Source: an uncultured Chloroflexia bacterium
GTDB lineage: Bacteria; Chloroflexota; Anaerolineae; JAAYZQ01
Direction: 5' to 3'
Assembly (NCBI GenBank): GCA_963700285.1
Contig: CAVOXA010000014.1
Location: 416,001 to 480,000, forward strand
DNA length: 64,000 bases
Positions 62,527 through 64,000 of the stretch are shown here, piece by piece. Made by a program: the position numbers and the translations under genes. The notes beneath the pieces were generated by a model, which made no database searches, was not told the DNA's origin, and saw nothing but the letters and a program-made list of their open reading frames with translations. The first letter of the stretch is position 1, and each line of letters begins with the position of its first letter.

Positions 62527-64000
62527 ATGATCGTCGACACCATGCTGCTCCGCCTTGGAGGCGAGTCGGGAGTAGATAACGCCATCTCCGCCGGCGATGT
62601 GCTCACCCTGTCGGTGGCCCGAGCTGGCTACCACGTCCATACCTTTCGCACTTATCCGGCCGAGATTAAGGGCGGACCGGTCATGTTCCAGCTTCGGGCC
62701 GGCGTAAACCCCGTACCATCGCTGGGCGACCAGTTGGACGTCCTGCTGGCCTTTAACGAGGAAGCATGGGACCTGCATCACGGAGTACTGCGGCCCGACG
62801 GGGTGCTGATCTACGATCCGGGGGAGCACGATGTACCGGAGGGCTTTGGGGGCACGGTTTTTGGCATCCCCTTCGACCAGATGGCCCGGGATCTGAACCT
62901 GCGCAAGGGCAAGAACCTGATCGCCTTGGGTGCTCTGTCTGCCCTGTTGGGCTTTGATTTCCAGCAGCTCCAGGCTACTATCAAGGACCAGTATGGCCGG
63001 AAAAGGCCCCAGTTCATCGAAAGCAATCGCATGGCGCTGCTGGCTGGGTACCAGTGGGTGAGGGACAACATCCAGGAAGAGGCTGCGATACGCCTGTCAG
63101 ATCCCCACCCAGCGCCCGAACCTCAGCTGGTCATGTCCGGCAACCGTGCCATCGTCGCCGGGGCATTGGCAGCTGGCTGTCGCTTCTATGCCGGGTATCC
63201 CATTACCCCTGCGACCGATATCCTGGAAGAGATGGCCAAGCGCCTGCCGGACATCGGCGGGGCTGTACTTCAGACCGAGGATGAGATTGCGGCCATCGCT
63301 AGCGTTGTGGGCGCGTCCGTTGCTGGCGTCAAAGCCATGACGGCCACCAGTGGTCCTGGGTTCTCGCTTATGCAGGAAATGCTTGGTCTGGCAACGATGG
63401 CTGAGGTGCCGGTTGTGGTGGTCAATTCGATGCGGGCCGGGCCCAGCACGGGGATGCCGACAAAGATGGAGCAGGCCGACCTGAATATCGCGCTTTACGG
63501 CGGGCATGGTGAGGCGCCACGCATCGTCCTGGCTGCCCGCTCTGTGCAGGACTGTTTCTATCAGGCCATGCAAGCCTTCTACCTTTCTGAGACCTTCCAG
63601 ATGCCGGTGATTCTGCTGGTCGACCAGTCTCTCTCGCACCGCACAGAGACGCTGCCCATGCCAGATCCGATGCTGGTGCCGGTCGTAGATCGGATGCGAC
63701 CCCGGCCAGAGGACACAGCAGGACTATGCCCGCTATCGGCTGACCGACAGTGGCATCTCGCCGATGGGTATACCTGGCTTTGACGATACACCGTTCACGG
63801 CCACGGGCCTGGAGCACGATGAATATGGCGCGCCCAACTATAGGCCCGAGGTCCATACGGCGCAGTTGGACAAACGCGGCCAAAAGTTCGAGATTGCGGC
63901 CGAGGCATTGTGCGGGTTAGGGGATCCCTTGGGCTGCGCCAGCTACGGCGTGCCCGAGACGGAGGCTGAGGTGGGCGTCCTGGCCTGGGGTTCTACGGCA
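62527..64000 (+). CDS. korA: 2-oxoacid:acceptor oxidoreductase alpha subunit (gamma-alpha fusion), frameshift near 63715, runs off window
   Basis: GGESG, YPAEIKGG, AGYPITPA, EDEIAA, ATSGPG and GPSTGMPTK. Continues in another frame as TGLEHDE...LAWGST. Confidence 0.88.

Overview
GC-rich bacterial DNA, probably from a Chloroflexota (Anaerolineae-like) genome. This is inferred from Ala/Pro/Thr and VEVEKTV lipoprotein linkers, gene content and short-period intergenic repeats. Most genes are on the minus strand and form four blocks. (1) 1-14912: a cobalamin-dependent methyl-transfer operon with four non-pyrrolysine MttB-family methyltransferases, two corrinoid proteins, a stand-alone homocysteine S-methyltransferase domain and a PLP aminotransferase, followed by a peptide-type ABC transporter. 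The operon has a consensus sigma70 promoter and a ~300-nt structured leader containing an intrinsic terminator. (2) 17992-31097: hexuronate catabolism (uxaC, uxaE, GalU-like, glucuronokinase-like GHMP kinase, two SDRs, HAD, LarA/GntE-like epimerase, gnd, PPi-PFK) plus a LacI regulator. (3) 31252-34897: response regulator, PDZ protein and histidine kinase. (4) 34897-59796: a Thermotoga-type inositol operon (iolG, iolM, iolN, iolO-like) with a UroD/MtaA-family protein, many extra dehydrogenases and an ABC transporter with two double-domain binding proteins. The plus-strand end carries a SagB-type nitroreductase, a second homocysteine methyltransferase domain and a partial 2-oxoacid:acceptor oxidoreductase alpha subunit. 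Many genes are frameshifted in discrete blocks, most likely from long-read consensus errors. I found no rRNA, tRNA, CRISPR or transposase. All product calls come from motif recognition by eye; no database was searched.
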